This document shows, one piece after another, positions 55,195-64,000 of a stretch of 64,000 nucleotides of DNA. The DNA comes from Abditibacteriaceae bacterium (GTDB taxonomy: Bacteria > Armatimonadota > Abditibacteriia > Abditibacteriales > Abditibacteriaceae): positions 1 through 64,000 of the forward strand of contig JANPJS010000140.1 of assembly GCA_031425655.1 (NCBI GenBank), read 5' to 3'. Position numbers and translations under genes: made by a program. Position 1 is the stretch's first letter; each line of letters begins with the position of its first letter. Under the pieces are notes generated by a model. That model made no database searches, was not told where the DNA came from, and saw only the letters and a program-made list of their open reading frames with translations.

Positions 55195-56106
55195 ATGAAA
55201 CACATCTTCACTTTCCTCCTCGCCACACTCTTCGCCGCTGCCAGCGCCGACGCCAAGCCGCTCAAGGTATTCATCCTCGCCGGACAGTCGAACATGGAAG
55301 GCCAAGGCGTCGTATCCATGGATGGAGAGAGGGACTACAATGGCGGCAAGGGCAATCTGGTCTGGTCTATGCAGAACTCGAAGAGCGCCGAAAAGATGAA
55401 GCGCCTCAAAGACGAGAAGGGCGAATGGGTTGTGCGGGAGGATGTCCAGATATCGTTCAAAGTCCACGACAAGGTGCGCAAAGGAGGCTTGACCGTCGGT
55501 TATACCGGCTATGGCGGGAGCAGTCACATCGGACCAGAACTGGGGTTCGGGTTGGTCATGGGCGACCACTTCGAGGAACCGGTGCTGCTGATCAAGACGG
55601 CCTGGGGCGGCAAGAGCCTGTTCGTTGACTTCAGGCCGCCAAGTTCCGGTGGCCAGGTCGGGCCGTATTACACGAAAATGGTGGAAGAGGTGCGCGCTGC
55701 TTTGGCAGATCTCGGCGGCCAGAAATATGAAATAGCAGGTTTTTACTGGCAGCAGGGCTGGAACGACATGGTTACCCAGCCGGCTATTCCCGAATATGCG
55801 CGGAATCTCGTCAACTTGGTCAGCGATCTCCGCAAGGAGTTCAAATCGCCGAAAATGCCGGTGGTTGTGGGCGAACTTGGCAACGGCGGGCCGGTGACCA
55901 GCGGTGCCATGTTTGAATTCAGAAAAGCGCAGGAAGAAGGAACGAAGCAGATCAAAAATGCGCTGTTCATCAAGACCACCGACTTCGCACGTCCTGCAGA
56001 ACTCTCGCCCAATCCCACACACGGGCACCATTGGTTCGGCAATGCGGAAAGCTACTTTCTTATCGGCGAAGCGGCCGGTGAGGGAATGAAGAGCCTTTTG
56101 AAGTAA
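55195..56106 (+). CDS. Secreted SGNH/SASA acetylesterase
   Basis: KVFILAGQSNMEG; IGPELGFG; IKTAWGGKSL; WQQGWND; GHHWFGN. Confidence 0.88.
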   Translation: MKHIFTFLLATLFAAASADAKPLKVFILAGQSNMEGQGVVSMDGERDYNGGKGNLVWSMQNSKSAEKMKRLKDEKGEWVVREDVQISFKVHDKVRKGGLTVGYTGYGGSSHIGPELGFGLVMGDHFEEPVLLIKTAWGGKSLFVDFRPPSSGGQVGPYYTKMVEEVRAALADLGGQKYEIAGFYWQQGWNDMVTQPAIPEYARNLVNLVSDLRKEFKSPKMPVVVGELGNGGPVTSGAMFEFRKAQEEGTKQIKNALFIKTTDFARPAELSPNPTHGHHWFGNAESYFLIGEAAGEGMKSLLK

Positions 56107-56120
56107 TTCTTTTCCGTTAG
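56076..56120 (+). repeat. Direct repeat DR6, copy a (copy b at 58066-58110)
   Basis: 45 bp, 40/45 identical; covers GEGMKSLLK* plus 14 nt of downstream flank. Confidence 0.92.
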
Positions 56121-56188
56121 AACCTGTATCATCTCGCCAAGGCACGTCCCCACGGAACGTCCCCAACACCGCAGTATCAAAAATGACC

Positions 56189-57982
56189 ATGAAACCAACC
56201 GCAATCCTAACCGCAGCGCTGCTGTGCGTCCTCTCGTCGATCTCCTTCGCCAAGCCGCTCAAGGTCTTCATCATGTCGGGCCAGTCCAACATGGAGGGGC
56301 ATGCCGAAATCAGAACTTTTGACTATATCGGCAAGGATCCACTGACTGCCCCGATTCTCAAGGAGATGCGCAATCCCGATGGAACGCCACGGGTCTGTGA
56401 CAAGGTCTGGATGTCCTATTTGACCGGCCCTTATGACGGCAGTGCCAATGGCGAGGGGCTGGGAAAATTGACCGCCGGCTTTGGCGCACGTGGAAACCAA
56501 CCTACCAAGGATGGCGGAAAGATTGGGCCTGAGTTCACCTTCGGAATCTACATGGAGAAAGGGCTGAACGAGCCGATTCTGATTATCAAGACCGCGTGGG
56601 GAGGCAGGTCACTCAACACCGAATTCCGTCCGCCCAGTGCCGGGCAATACAAGCTGCCCAAGGAGATTCAGGAAGTGTGGGACACGTATCCCCAGGGCGC
56701 GCACGGGGTTCCCAAACTGGAGGACCGGAAAAAATGGCAGGATGATAAGGATGCCGCCTCCGGTGTGTTTTACCGAATGATGATTGACCATGTGAAAAAG
56801 GTGCTGGCAGACCCCAAGCGGGTCTGCCCCGCATACGATCCCAAGGAGGGATACGAACTGGCCGGTTTTGTCTGGCTTCAGGGTTTTAACGACTTGGTTG
56901 ATGGGACTACTTACCCCGGCCCCAACAAACCCGGAAAATACGATCTATATTCAGACCTGCTGGCCAAGTTCATTCGCGATGTTCGCAAAGACCTATCAGC
57001 CCCAAAGATGCCATTCGTGATCGGCGTGCTGGGAGTCGGCGGTGAAAACGAAAACGAGGTTTTCCGCAAAGCCATGGCCGCACCGGCCGATATGCCAGAG
57101 TTCAAGGGAAATGTGATTGCTGTTCCGACCGCTCCCTTCTGGGATCATGACATTGCCGCCGCAGAACCCAAGCAGGGCGCGTATAACAACATCGTTAATA
57201 TGGCTCACACCCTTAAAAAGGATGGCACTCTCGACAGCGAATGGAAATGGGAAAATTACTGGAAGCCGCTTGGCAAGCCTCTGCCAGAGGAACGGAGCTG
57301 GCGTTTCACTACGATTGATGCCACCGAAAAGAAGGACACGCTGGAAAAATACACCGATCGGCGGTTCCGCGACATCAAGCTGCCAGCCGGGACGGAGAAT
57401 TGGCACATGCCCGACTTCGATGACAGCAAATGGGCGGAAGGCAAGGCCCCCATTGGAAAGGGCGTCTGGAAACACAGCGGAATCACCTTGGACAAATTCC
57501 CCTCAAAATGGGGAGAGAGCGAATTTCTGCTGATGCGCACAACTTTTGAAGTCGAAGACCTCAACTACGATTCGTATCGCATTGCGGTTTTGGCAAGACA
57601 AGGATTCCATGTCTATTTGAACGGACACAAGATACACACCTACATCTGGTGGCAGGACAGGCCTCAATATGGTTCCATTGTCCTCGGAGCAGATCAGATC
57701 AAGCATTTGAAAAAGGGGAAGAACGTATTGGCGGTCTATGCCAATGACCAATATGACCTTAAATCCCCGGAACACTATGCAGCGATGGATGTGCGGATTG
57801 AGGGTATCACCAAAGCAGACCAAGGGAAGCTCGATCTCGCATTGGAGGAAGTCCTTTCGCCCAAAGACAGGGAGGCCCTCAAAGGCGCTTCCAATGGCGG
57901 TTACCACTATTTTGGCAGCGCCAAGATCTTCGCGCAGATGGGTAAGGCATTTGCCGAGGCCTTATTGCCTTTGCAGAAATAA
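56189..57982 (+). CDS. Secreted SGNH/SASA acetylesterase with an inserted domain
   Basis: KVFIMSGQSNMEG; IGPEFTFG; IKTAWGGRSL; WLQGFND; GYHYFGS. Confidence 0.85.
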   Translation: MKPTAILTAALLCVLSSISFAKPLKVFIMSGQSNMEGHAEIRTFDYIGKDPLTAPILKEMRNPDGTPRVCDKVWMSYLTGPYDGSANGEGLGKLTAGFGARGNQPTKDGGKIGPEFTFGIYMEKGLNEPILIIKTAWGGRSLNTEFRPPSAGQYKLPKEIQEVWDTYPQGAHGVPKLEDRKKWQDDKDAASGVFYRMMIDHVKKVLADPKRVCPAYDPKEGYELAGFVWLQGFNDLVDGTTYPGPNKPGKYDLYSDLLAKFIRDVRKDLSAPKMPFVIGVLGVGGENENEVFRKAMAAPADMPEFKGNVIAVPTAPFWDHDIAAAEPKQGAYNNIVNMAHTLKKDGTLDSEWKWENYWKPLGKPLPEERSWRFTTIDATEKKDTLEKYTDRRFRDIKLPAGTENWHMPDFDDSKWAEGKAPIGKGVWKHSGITLDKFPSKWGESEFLLMRTTFEVEDLNYDSYRIAVLARQGFHVYLNGHKIHTYIWWQDRPQYGSIVLGADQIKHLKKGKNVLAVYANDQYDLKSPEHYAAMDVRIEGITKADQGKLDLALEEVLSPKDREALKGASNGGYHYFGSAKIFAQMGKAFAEALLPLQK

Positions 57983-58065
57983 CCCCCTTTTGTCCCCCAC
58001 GCTAGTCTTCGTCCCGCCCTGCGGGATTAAGACAGACAAGCCGGTCCAGTCACCGGCTCTTTCAA

Positions 58066-58110
58066 CGGTGAGGGAATGAAGAGCCTGTTGAAATAATCCT
58101 TTTACGTGAG
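58066..58110 (+). repeat. Direct repeat DR6, copy b (orphan 3' end of 55195-56106)
   Basis: Matches 56076-56120 at 40/45. Confidence 0.92.
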
Positions 58111-58120
58111 GAGCTACGTC

Positions 58121-60628
58121 ATGAAAACATCGATCAAAACCATCGGCCTGCTGGCCGCACTCGCATTCGGCATTGCACACCCGCTTTTCGCGCAAGTCCC
58201 CGATCTCACCGCAGCCGGCGCCATCGCCGCGCTTAAAATCGATCCTGCTAGCTCGCCGGTTTACGGCGAAACCTACAACCTCGGTGCCACTGGCATGCGC
58301 GGCTGGATATACAACAAGATGGATAGCAATCACGAGAGGGCACAGGGCCGCACCACGCTGAACAGCCGCCAGATCCTGGTCACCCATGTGGGTGCCGCAT
58401 CACCTGCCGACGGAGTCGTGAAGGTGGACGATGTGATCCTCGGTGTGGAGGGGAAACGTTTCAATGATGAAGCGCGCAAGAGCTTGGCCCTCGCCATTCA
58501 AGCAGCGGAGACCGAAGCCAAAGGCGGAGTTCTGAAACTTACCGTTTCGCGCGGCGGAACCGTCCAGGAGCTTTCCATCAAACTCGCGGTAATGGGCACC
58601 TACAGCGACTCCGCGCCATGGAACTGCGAAAAATCCAAACGCATCCTCGATGGTGCCATCAAGGTGCTCGAAAAAGAAAAGCTGAAAGCAGATTGGGCTG
58701 GGCCGATTCAGGGTCTGGCTCTGCTCGCGACTGGTAAGCCTGAATATCTGCCAAAATTGCAGGACTTCGCGCGAATCCTGGCAGCCCTGCCAGTGGACCC
58801 AAACAAGAAACCCTCCGGACCTACCTGGGGCAATACATGGCCGATGGCTTATCAAAATCTCTTTCTCTGCGAGTATTACATGGTCACCCGCGACAAGGAG
58901 GTGCTGCCTTCCATCGAAAAAAACGCCCTCCTGCTGGCCCGCGGCCAAAGCATGTATGGGACCTTTGGACACGGCTTCGCCGCACTCACGAAAGACGGAA
59001 AATTCAACGGCTCCGTGCCGCCCTACGGTCCCGTGAACATGGCCGGGTTGCCGGCCAATCTCGCCATCGTGCTTGCCAAGAAATGCGGCGTGAATCACCC
59101 TGAAATCGATCAGGCCATTATCCGCGCCGCCGGGTTCTTCGGTTACTTCACCGACAAGGGGAGCATCCCCTACGGTGAACATGCACCAGGATGGTCCTAC
59201 CATGAGAACAACGGCATGAATGCCATCGCCGCAGTGCTATTTGCCGCGATGGGAGACAAGCCGAAGGATACGGAATACTTCGCCCGCATGGCCACGGCAG
59301 GTTATCCCAATCGCGAATTCGGTCACACCGGGCAGGGATTCAGCTATCTGTGGAGCGCCCTCGGTGCGGCCGTCGGCGGACCCGAAACGGCGGCTGCTTT
59401 CTTCGGCAAGTGCTCGTGGCACCTTGATCTGGTCCGCCGCTCGGACGGAGCGTTCACCTATGACGGCGGCGAACAATACGGAGCCGGGCGGACGCATGAC
59501 AATACCTACTATGGAAACAGTAGTTACAACGGGCTGAGTCCCGCCGCCACCTATGTGCTCACCTACTCGCTGCCACTGAAGAAACTCGTCATCACCGGCC
59601 GCCACGCGAATGCAAAGGGTTGGCTCACAAAGAAGGATGCTGCGGCCACCGTGGCGGCAGGCCATTTCGATCTCGATCGACGCGCGATGTCTCCTGCGGA
59701 ACTGGTCACCGCCTTCGGCAACTGGTCGCCGATCGTCCGTGGCTGGGCGGCGCAGGAACTGGCTACACGGCCAGAGTCCAAGGCAATGGTGCCCGAACTG
59801 ATCAAACTCGCCGGCAGCGGCCATCCGCATCAAATCCAGGCTGCCTGCGAGGCACTGGGGCTCATCAACACGGCGGAGGCACTGCCCGTCCTGGTCAAAC
59901 AACTCGCCCACCCGAATCGCTGTGCACGCTACAAGGCGGCTGAGGCGATTGGAAAAATGGGCGGGACCGCCAAGCCCGCTTTGGAAGGTATTCTCCAAGC
60001 GCTTGTTTCCACCGCAGAACCCTCGTGGCCGATCCGTTGGGAAGACCCCGTGCAGTTCGCACATGGCCAGCTCGCCGCTGCTGTTTTCAGTGGTCCACTC
60101 AAAGATGACGTCAATAAGATGGACGCCAAATTGCGCTATGCAGCCATCCGCTCGGTATCGAAAAACCCCGATGGCATGGCGCGCGCCCAGCTCCAGAATT
60201 TCTTTGAAAACCAGCTCAGCGAGCAGGATGTGATCGCCCTCGCGCCGGCGATCCTCGCTGCCGTCGAGATCCCAAGTCCGGCGGACACCATGTTCAACAA
60301 TGGGATCCGTATGGCCGGCCTCAAAGCGCTTACGAAGTATAATTTTAAGGAAGGCATCGCGGCGGCGGTCGGTCTGGCGAAAACCCAGGGCGGGCACGGC
60401 AGCGAAAGCCGCACCGGCGAGATCATGAAGCTGATCACCGGCTACGGATCCGCCTCCAAAGCGCAGATCCCGGCGCTGAGGAAGCTGATTGTCAGCCTCA
60501 ACGCCGAGGTCGAGAACAGGGAGTTTCCCGGCGATCTCAACAAGCTGCGTGTCGGCGCCGTGGAGGAAGCCATTAAGGCCATTGAGGCCGCCACCACACA
60601 GCCGGAGCTGCGCAGCATCCAAAAATAA
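58121..60628 (+). CDS. DUF6288-like protein with PDZ-like and HEAT-repeat regions
   Basis: YNLGATGMRGW; VTHVGAASPADG..DDVILGV (PDZ-like); IPYGEH; GHTGQGFSYLW; helical repeats in the C-terminal half. Confidence 0.7.
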   Translation: MKTSIKTIGLLAALAFGIAHPLFAQVPDLTAAGAIAALKIDPASSPVYGETYNLGATGMRGWIYNKMDSNHERAQGRTTLNSRQILVTHVGAASPADGVVKVDDVILGVEGKRFNDEARKSLALAIQAAETEAKGGVLKLTVSRGGTVQELSIKLAVMGTYSDSAPWNCEKSKRILDGAIKVLEKEKLKADWAGPIQGLALLATGKPEYLPKLQDFARILAALPVDPNKKPSGPTWGNTWPMAYQNLFLCEYYMVTRDKEVLPSIEKNALLLARGQSMYGTFGHGFAALTKDGKFNGSVPPYGPVNMAGLPANLAIVLAKKCGVNHPEIDQAIIRAAGFFGYFTDKGSIPYGEHAPGWSYHENNGMNAIAAVLFAAMGDKPKDTEYFARMATAGYPNREFGHTGQGFSYLWSALGAAVGGPETAAAFFGKCSWHLDLVRRSDGAFTYDGGEQYGAGRTHDNTYYGNSSYNGLSPAATYVLTYSLPLKKLVITGRHANAKGWLTKKDAAATVAAGHFDLDRRAMSPAELVTAFGNWSPIVRGWAAQELATRPESKAMVPELIKLAGSGHPHQIQAACEALGLINTAEALPVLVKQLAHPNRCARYKAAEAIGKMGGTAKPALEGILQALVSTAEPSWPIRWEDPVQFAHGQLAAAVFSGPLKDDVNKMDAKLRYAAIRSVSKNPDGMARAQLQNFFENQLSEQDVIALAPAILAAVEIPSPADTMFNNGIRMAGLKALTKYNFKEGIAAAVGLAKTQGGHGSESRTGEIMKLITGYGSASKAQIPALRKLIVSLNAEVENREFPGDLNKLRVGAVEEAIKAIEAATTQPELRSIQK

Positions 60629-60656
60629 GTGGTTGGACAACGCCGCTTGAGCCGCT

Positions 60657-63600
60657 ATGCAACATCTCTTTTTCATTTTCACCGTCTTCGCTACCTCCGT
60701 TGCGGCACAGTCGCCAACATTTGTTCAAGCAACCGATAAAGCGCTTGCGCCAGCTAAGCCGGTGGATTTTGAAAAAGAGATTCAGCCGATTTTCGCCGCC
60801 AAGTGCGTAAGCTGCCACGGCGCGGCCAAAAGCAAAGGCGATTTGCGGCTCGATTTAAAAGCCTTCGCGCTGCGCGGCGGCGATTCAGGCCCGGTTATCG
60901 TGCCGGGCAAAAGCAGCGAAAGCAAACTGATTCATCTGGTAGCCGGACTTGAAGCCGAAAATATCATGCCGCCGACGGGCGAAAAGCTGAGCGAGGCGCA
61001 AATTGGCCTGCTGCGCCGCTGGATTGACGACGGTGCGGCGTGGCCCGAAGAAGCGAAGCCCGCCGCGCATTGGTCACTGCAACCGCTGCGCGAGCCGGCG
61101 CTGCCCAAAACCAAAACTCCGGCCCCCGGCGCAATTGACAGTTTCGTTTGGGCGCGCCTTGACAAAGCCGGCTTGCGCCCCGCGCCAAGCGCCGACCGCG
61201 CCACATTAATTCGCCGCCTGAGCTTCGATTTAACCGGCCTGCCGCCGTCGTCCGCCGAAATCGCCGACTTCGTCAATAGCAAAGCGCCGCGCGCCTACGA
61301 AGAGTTAGTCGAGCGCCTTTTGGCCTCGCCGCATTATGGCGAACGCTGGGGGCGGCACTGGCTGGACGTGGCGCGCTACACCGAAAGCCAGGGCTTTGAA
61401 TACGACCGTCTGCGCGACAACGCCTGGCACTACCGCGACTACGTGGTGCAAAGTTTCAACGCCGACAAGCCTTACGACCGTTTTATGCGCGAGCAAATCG
61501 CGGGCGATGCCATGCAGCCCACGACACGCGAAGGCCTCATCGCCGCCAGCCTTTTGGTGTGCGGCCCGTGGGATCAGGCGGGCAGTTCGCAGGCGAATGC
61601 CACGCAGCGCGCCATCACGCGCGAAGACGAAATGGAAGACCTGATCGGCACTGTGGGGCAAGGTTTCCTCGGCCTCACGGTCAATTGCGCACGCTGCCAC
61701 GCCCACAAGTTCGACCCGATTTCGCACGCTGAATACTTCCGAGTCAAAGCCGTATTCGACGGTGTGAAACATGGCGAACGGCCTATCTCCGACCCGGAAG
61801 AGATAAAAACGCGCGAAGGGCGCCTTGCTGTGCTAACTCAGCAACTCGCCGCCGCGCAGGGCCAAGTCGCACGCCTCGAAAGCGCGGGCGAAAAACGCGC
61901 TTTGGCAGCGCGACCGGCTACGCAAGCGCCGGTTGGCCCTGCCGCTCTGGTGCGTTGGGACTTTGCAGGTGAGGCTGCGCCGCCCGGCGAACTCAAAGGC
62001 GGCGCGGCGCTGATGGGCGGCGCTTTGCAACTGCCCAAAGAGGGCGCGTTTTTCCAGTCGGCACCCATCGCGCAGGACATCCGCGAGAAGACTCTCGAAG
62101 CCTGGGTTTCACTGGCGACGCTGGAGCAGGGCGGCGGCGCGGTGATTTCGCTGGAAACCGAAGACGGCGCTGTGTTCGATGCGCTGACTTTTGGTGAACG
62201 ACAGCGCGCTAAATGGGCGGCGGGCAGCGAAAACTTTCGGCGCACGCGCGATTTGGAAGCGCCACCCGAAAGCAGCGCGCCCGGCACATGGCTGCACGTC
62301 GCCATCGTCTATCGCGCCGATGACAGCATCGCGCTGTTTCGCAACGGACAGCCTTATGGCCAAGCTTACACGCCGGGGCCGCTGCAACCTTTCGCGGCGG
62401 GCAAGGCGCACATCGTGCTGGGCCTGCGTCACAAAGGCGGCGGGCGCCCGTGGCTGACCGGCGCGATTAAACAAGCGGCGCTCTACGAACGCGCGCTGAG
62501 CAACGATGAAATCGCCGCCTCCTTTCGCGCGGAGGGGTTTTCGATTCCTCGTGAAGACATTCTCGCGGCGCTGAGCGACGAACAGCGCGCGGCGCGCGAA
62601 GCGGCGCTCTCCGAAGTGCAGCGCGCAAACCAAGCTATCACGGCGCTTAAAGCCACCAATGTCGCGGTTTCGTATGTCGGCACGCGCGTGCAGCCGCCGC
62701 CAACACGGCGCTTGAAACGCGGCGAAGTAACTTCGCCCGATGAAACCGTCACGCCCGGCGCGCTGTCGGCCATCGCCGAACTGAATCCTGATTTCGGCCT
62801 GAGCGCCGACGCGCCCGAAGCGCAGCGCCGCCTCAAATTCTCCGACTGGGTGGCCGATGCGCGCAATCCTCTCCCGGCGCGGGTGATGGCCAACCGCGTT
62901 TGGCACTATCATTTTGGGCAAGGTCTGGTGGTCACGCCCAATGATTTTGGGGTCAGCGGCGCGCGTCCAAGTCATCCCGAACTGCTCGATTATCTGGCCG
63001 CGAAGTTCATCGCGGGTGGCTGGAGCGTCAAGAATTTGCACCGGCTTATCGTCAACACTGCAACTTACAAACAAAGCTCGGCTTTCGATGCCAAAGCCGC
63101 CGCGTTGGATGCCGACAATCAGTTTCTCTGGCGCTTTGCACCGCGCCGCTTGGAGGCCGAGGCGCTGCGCGATGCGATGCTGAGCGTGAGCGGCCAACTG
63201 AATTTGCAAATGGGCGGGCCAAGTTTTCGCGCCTTCGACGCGCTCGGTTTTCCGGCCAACGTCTACGTTCCCACCGACAAAATTGGGCCGGAATTCAACC
63301 GTCGCACCGTTTATCGCATGAACGTCAACTCCGGCAAAGACCCGCTGCTGGACGCCTTCGATTGCCCCGATCCGTCGGTGAAAGCCCCGCGTCGTGGCGT
63401 GACGACCACGCCTTTGCAGGCGCTGGGCCTGATGAACAATTCTTTCGTGCAGCGCCAATCCAAGATTCTGGCCGAGCGCGCCCTCAAAGAAGCCAACAAC
63501 GACGTTTCCGGCGCGATTCAAATCGCCTATCGCCACGCCTTGGGCCGCGCCGCCACGCCCGCCGAAGCCGCGCGCGCCCTTGCGGCGGCGCAGGAACGCG

Positions 63601-63659
63601 GCCTGCCCGGCGTGTGCTGGGCGCTGCTTAATTCCACGGAGTTTGTTTATGTCCGATAA
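60657..63659 (+). CDS. Planctomycete cytochrome c / DUF1549 / LamG-like / DUF1553 protein
   Basis: CVSCH; HYGERWGRHWLDVARY; CARCHAHKFDP; KTLEAWV..WLHVAIVY (LamG-like insert); PSHPELLD; TTPLQAL. Confidence 0.9.
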   Translation: MQHLFFIFTVFATSVAAQSPTFVQATDKALAPAKPVDFEKEIQPIFAAKCVSCHGAAKSKGDLRLDLKAFALRGGDSGPVIVPGKSSESKLIHLVAGLEAENIMPPTGEKLSEAQIGLLRRWIDDGAAWPEEAKPAAHWSLQPLREPALPKTKTPAPGAIDSFVWARLDKAGLRPAPSADRATLIRRLSFDLTGLPPSSAEIADFVNSKAPRAYEELVERLLASPHYGERWGRHWLDVARYTESQGFEYDRLRDNAWHYRDYVVQSFNADKPYDRFMREQIAGDAMQPTTREGLIAASLLVCGPWDQAGSSQANATQRAITREDEMEDLIGTVGQGFLGLTVNCARCHAHKFDPISHAEYFRVKAVFDGVKHGERPISDPEEIKTREGRLAVLTQQLAAAQGQVARLESAGEKRALAARPATQAPVGPAALVRWDFAGEAAPPGELKGGAALMGGALQLPKEGAFFQSAPIAQDIREKTLEAWVSLATLEQGGGAVISLETEDGAVFDALTFGERQRAKWAAGSENFRRTRDLEAPPESSAPGTWLHVAIVYRADDSIALFRNGQPYGQAYTPGPLQPFAAGKAHIVLGLRHKGGGRPWLTGAIKQAALYERALSNDEIAASFRAEGFSIPREDILAALSDEQRAAREAALSEVQRANQAITALKATNVAVSYVGTRVQPPPTRRLKRGEVTSPDETVTPGALSAIAELNPDFGLSADAPEAQRRLKFSDWVADARNPLPARVMANRVWHYHFGQGLVVTPNDFGVSGARPSHPELLDYLAAKFIAGGWSVKNLHRLIVNTATYKQSSAFDAKAAALDADNQFLWRFAPRRLEAEALRDAMLSVSGQLNLQMGGPSFRAFDALGFPANVYVPTDKIGPEFNRRTVYRMNVNSGKDPLLDAFDCPDPSVKAPRRGVTTTPLQALGLMNNSFVQRQSKILAERALKEANNDVSGAIQIAYRHALGRAATPAEAARALAAAQERGLPGVCWALLNSTEFVYVR

Positions 63660-64000
63660 TTTCACGCCGCTGCTTTCGCGCCGCCATTTTCTTTCCAACG
63701 CCGCTGGCGGCCTCGGCGGCGTGGCGCTGGCGTGGTTGATGGCGCGCGAAAACGCCAAAGCAGCGCCCGCTTCATCAGCGAAGCAGCCACACTTCGCGCC
63801 GAAGGCCAAGCGCGTGGTGCAGATTTTCTGCTGCGGCGGCGTGAGCCATCTCGATACTTTCGATTACAAGCCCGAACTCGCGAAGCTACACGGCAAAACT
63901 TTGGAGGGCAAAGGCGAGAATTTGGGCTTTTTCGGGCAGCCCGGCAAGGTGATGCAAAGCGTTTACGAGTTCAAACAGCACGGGCAAAGCGGCGCGTGGG
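63649..64000 (+). CDS. DUF1501 family protein, N-terminal part (runs off window)
   Basis: MSDNFTPLLSRRHFL...HFAPKAKRVVQIFCCGGVSHLDTFDYKP. Confidence 0.9.
   Translation, partial: MSDNFTPLLSRRHFLSNAAGGLGGVALAWLMARENAKAAPASSAKQPHFAPKAKRVVQIFCCGGVSHLDTFDYKPELAKLHGKTLEGKGENLGFFGQPGKVMQSVYEFKQHGQSGAW

Noticed and set aside
58039..58064. Hairpin agccggt/accggct as a terminator
   Set aside because: Short stem with a poor U-tract; not supportable.
1..64000. Classical integron cassette array, suggested by the co-oriented genes
   Set aside because: No integrase and no recurring attC-like site between genes; many genes overlap by ATGA.
1..64000. CRISPR array, tRNA or rRNA genes, DGR or retron
   Set aside because: No regularly spaced repeats, RNA-gene signatures or reverse transcriptase seen. 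Repeat mismatches are not adenine-specific.

Overview
GC-rich bacterial DNA with a PVC-type gene repertoire (Verrucomicrobia/Planctomycetes; taxonomy inferred from gene families). About 36 genes span the 64 kb, all on the + strand and many translationally coupled. They include seven di-haem 'planctomycete cytochrome c' proteins (DUF1549/1553 or DUF1585-1595 types) with twin-arginine DUF1501/DUF1552 partners, five sulfatases, four SGNH/sialate O-acetylesterase-like proteins, GH2, DUF5060/DUF4038, LamG, DUF6288-like and two FAD oxidoreductase genes, plus one lower-GC type II restriction-modification pair. I saw no integrase, transposase, rRNA, tRNA or CRISPR array. The main unexplained structure is six gene blocks (1.2-8.2 kb, about 22.4 kb in total), each bracketed by an imperfect direct repeat of a neighbouring gene's 5' or 3' end. 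Mismatches in the younger repeats are mostly synonymous or conservative, and most junctions are in-frame fusions. This suggests an integrase-free array that grows by gene-end-anchored accretion. Also present are four palindromic REP/MITE-like elements, a frameshifted amidohydrolase, a probable CTG start and apparent avoidance of GTAC. All family calls come from motif recognition by eye, not database searches.
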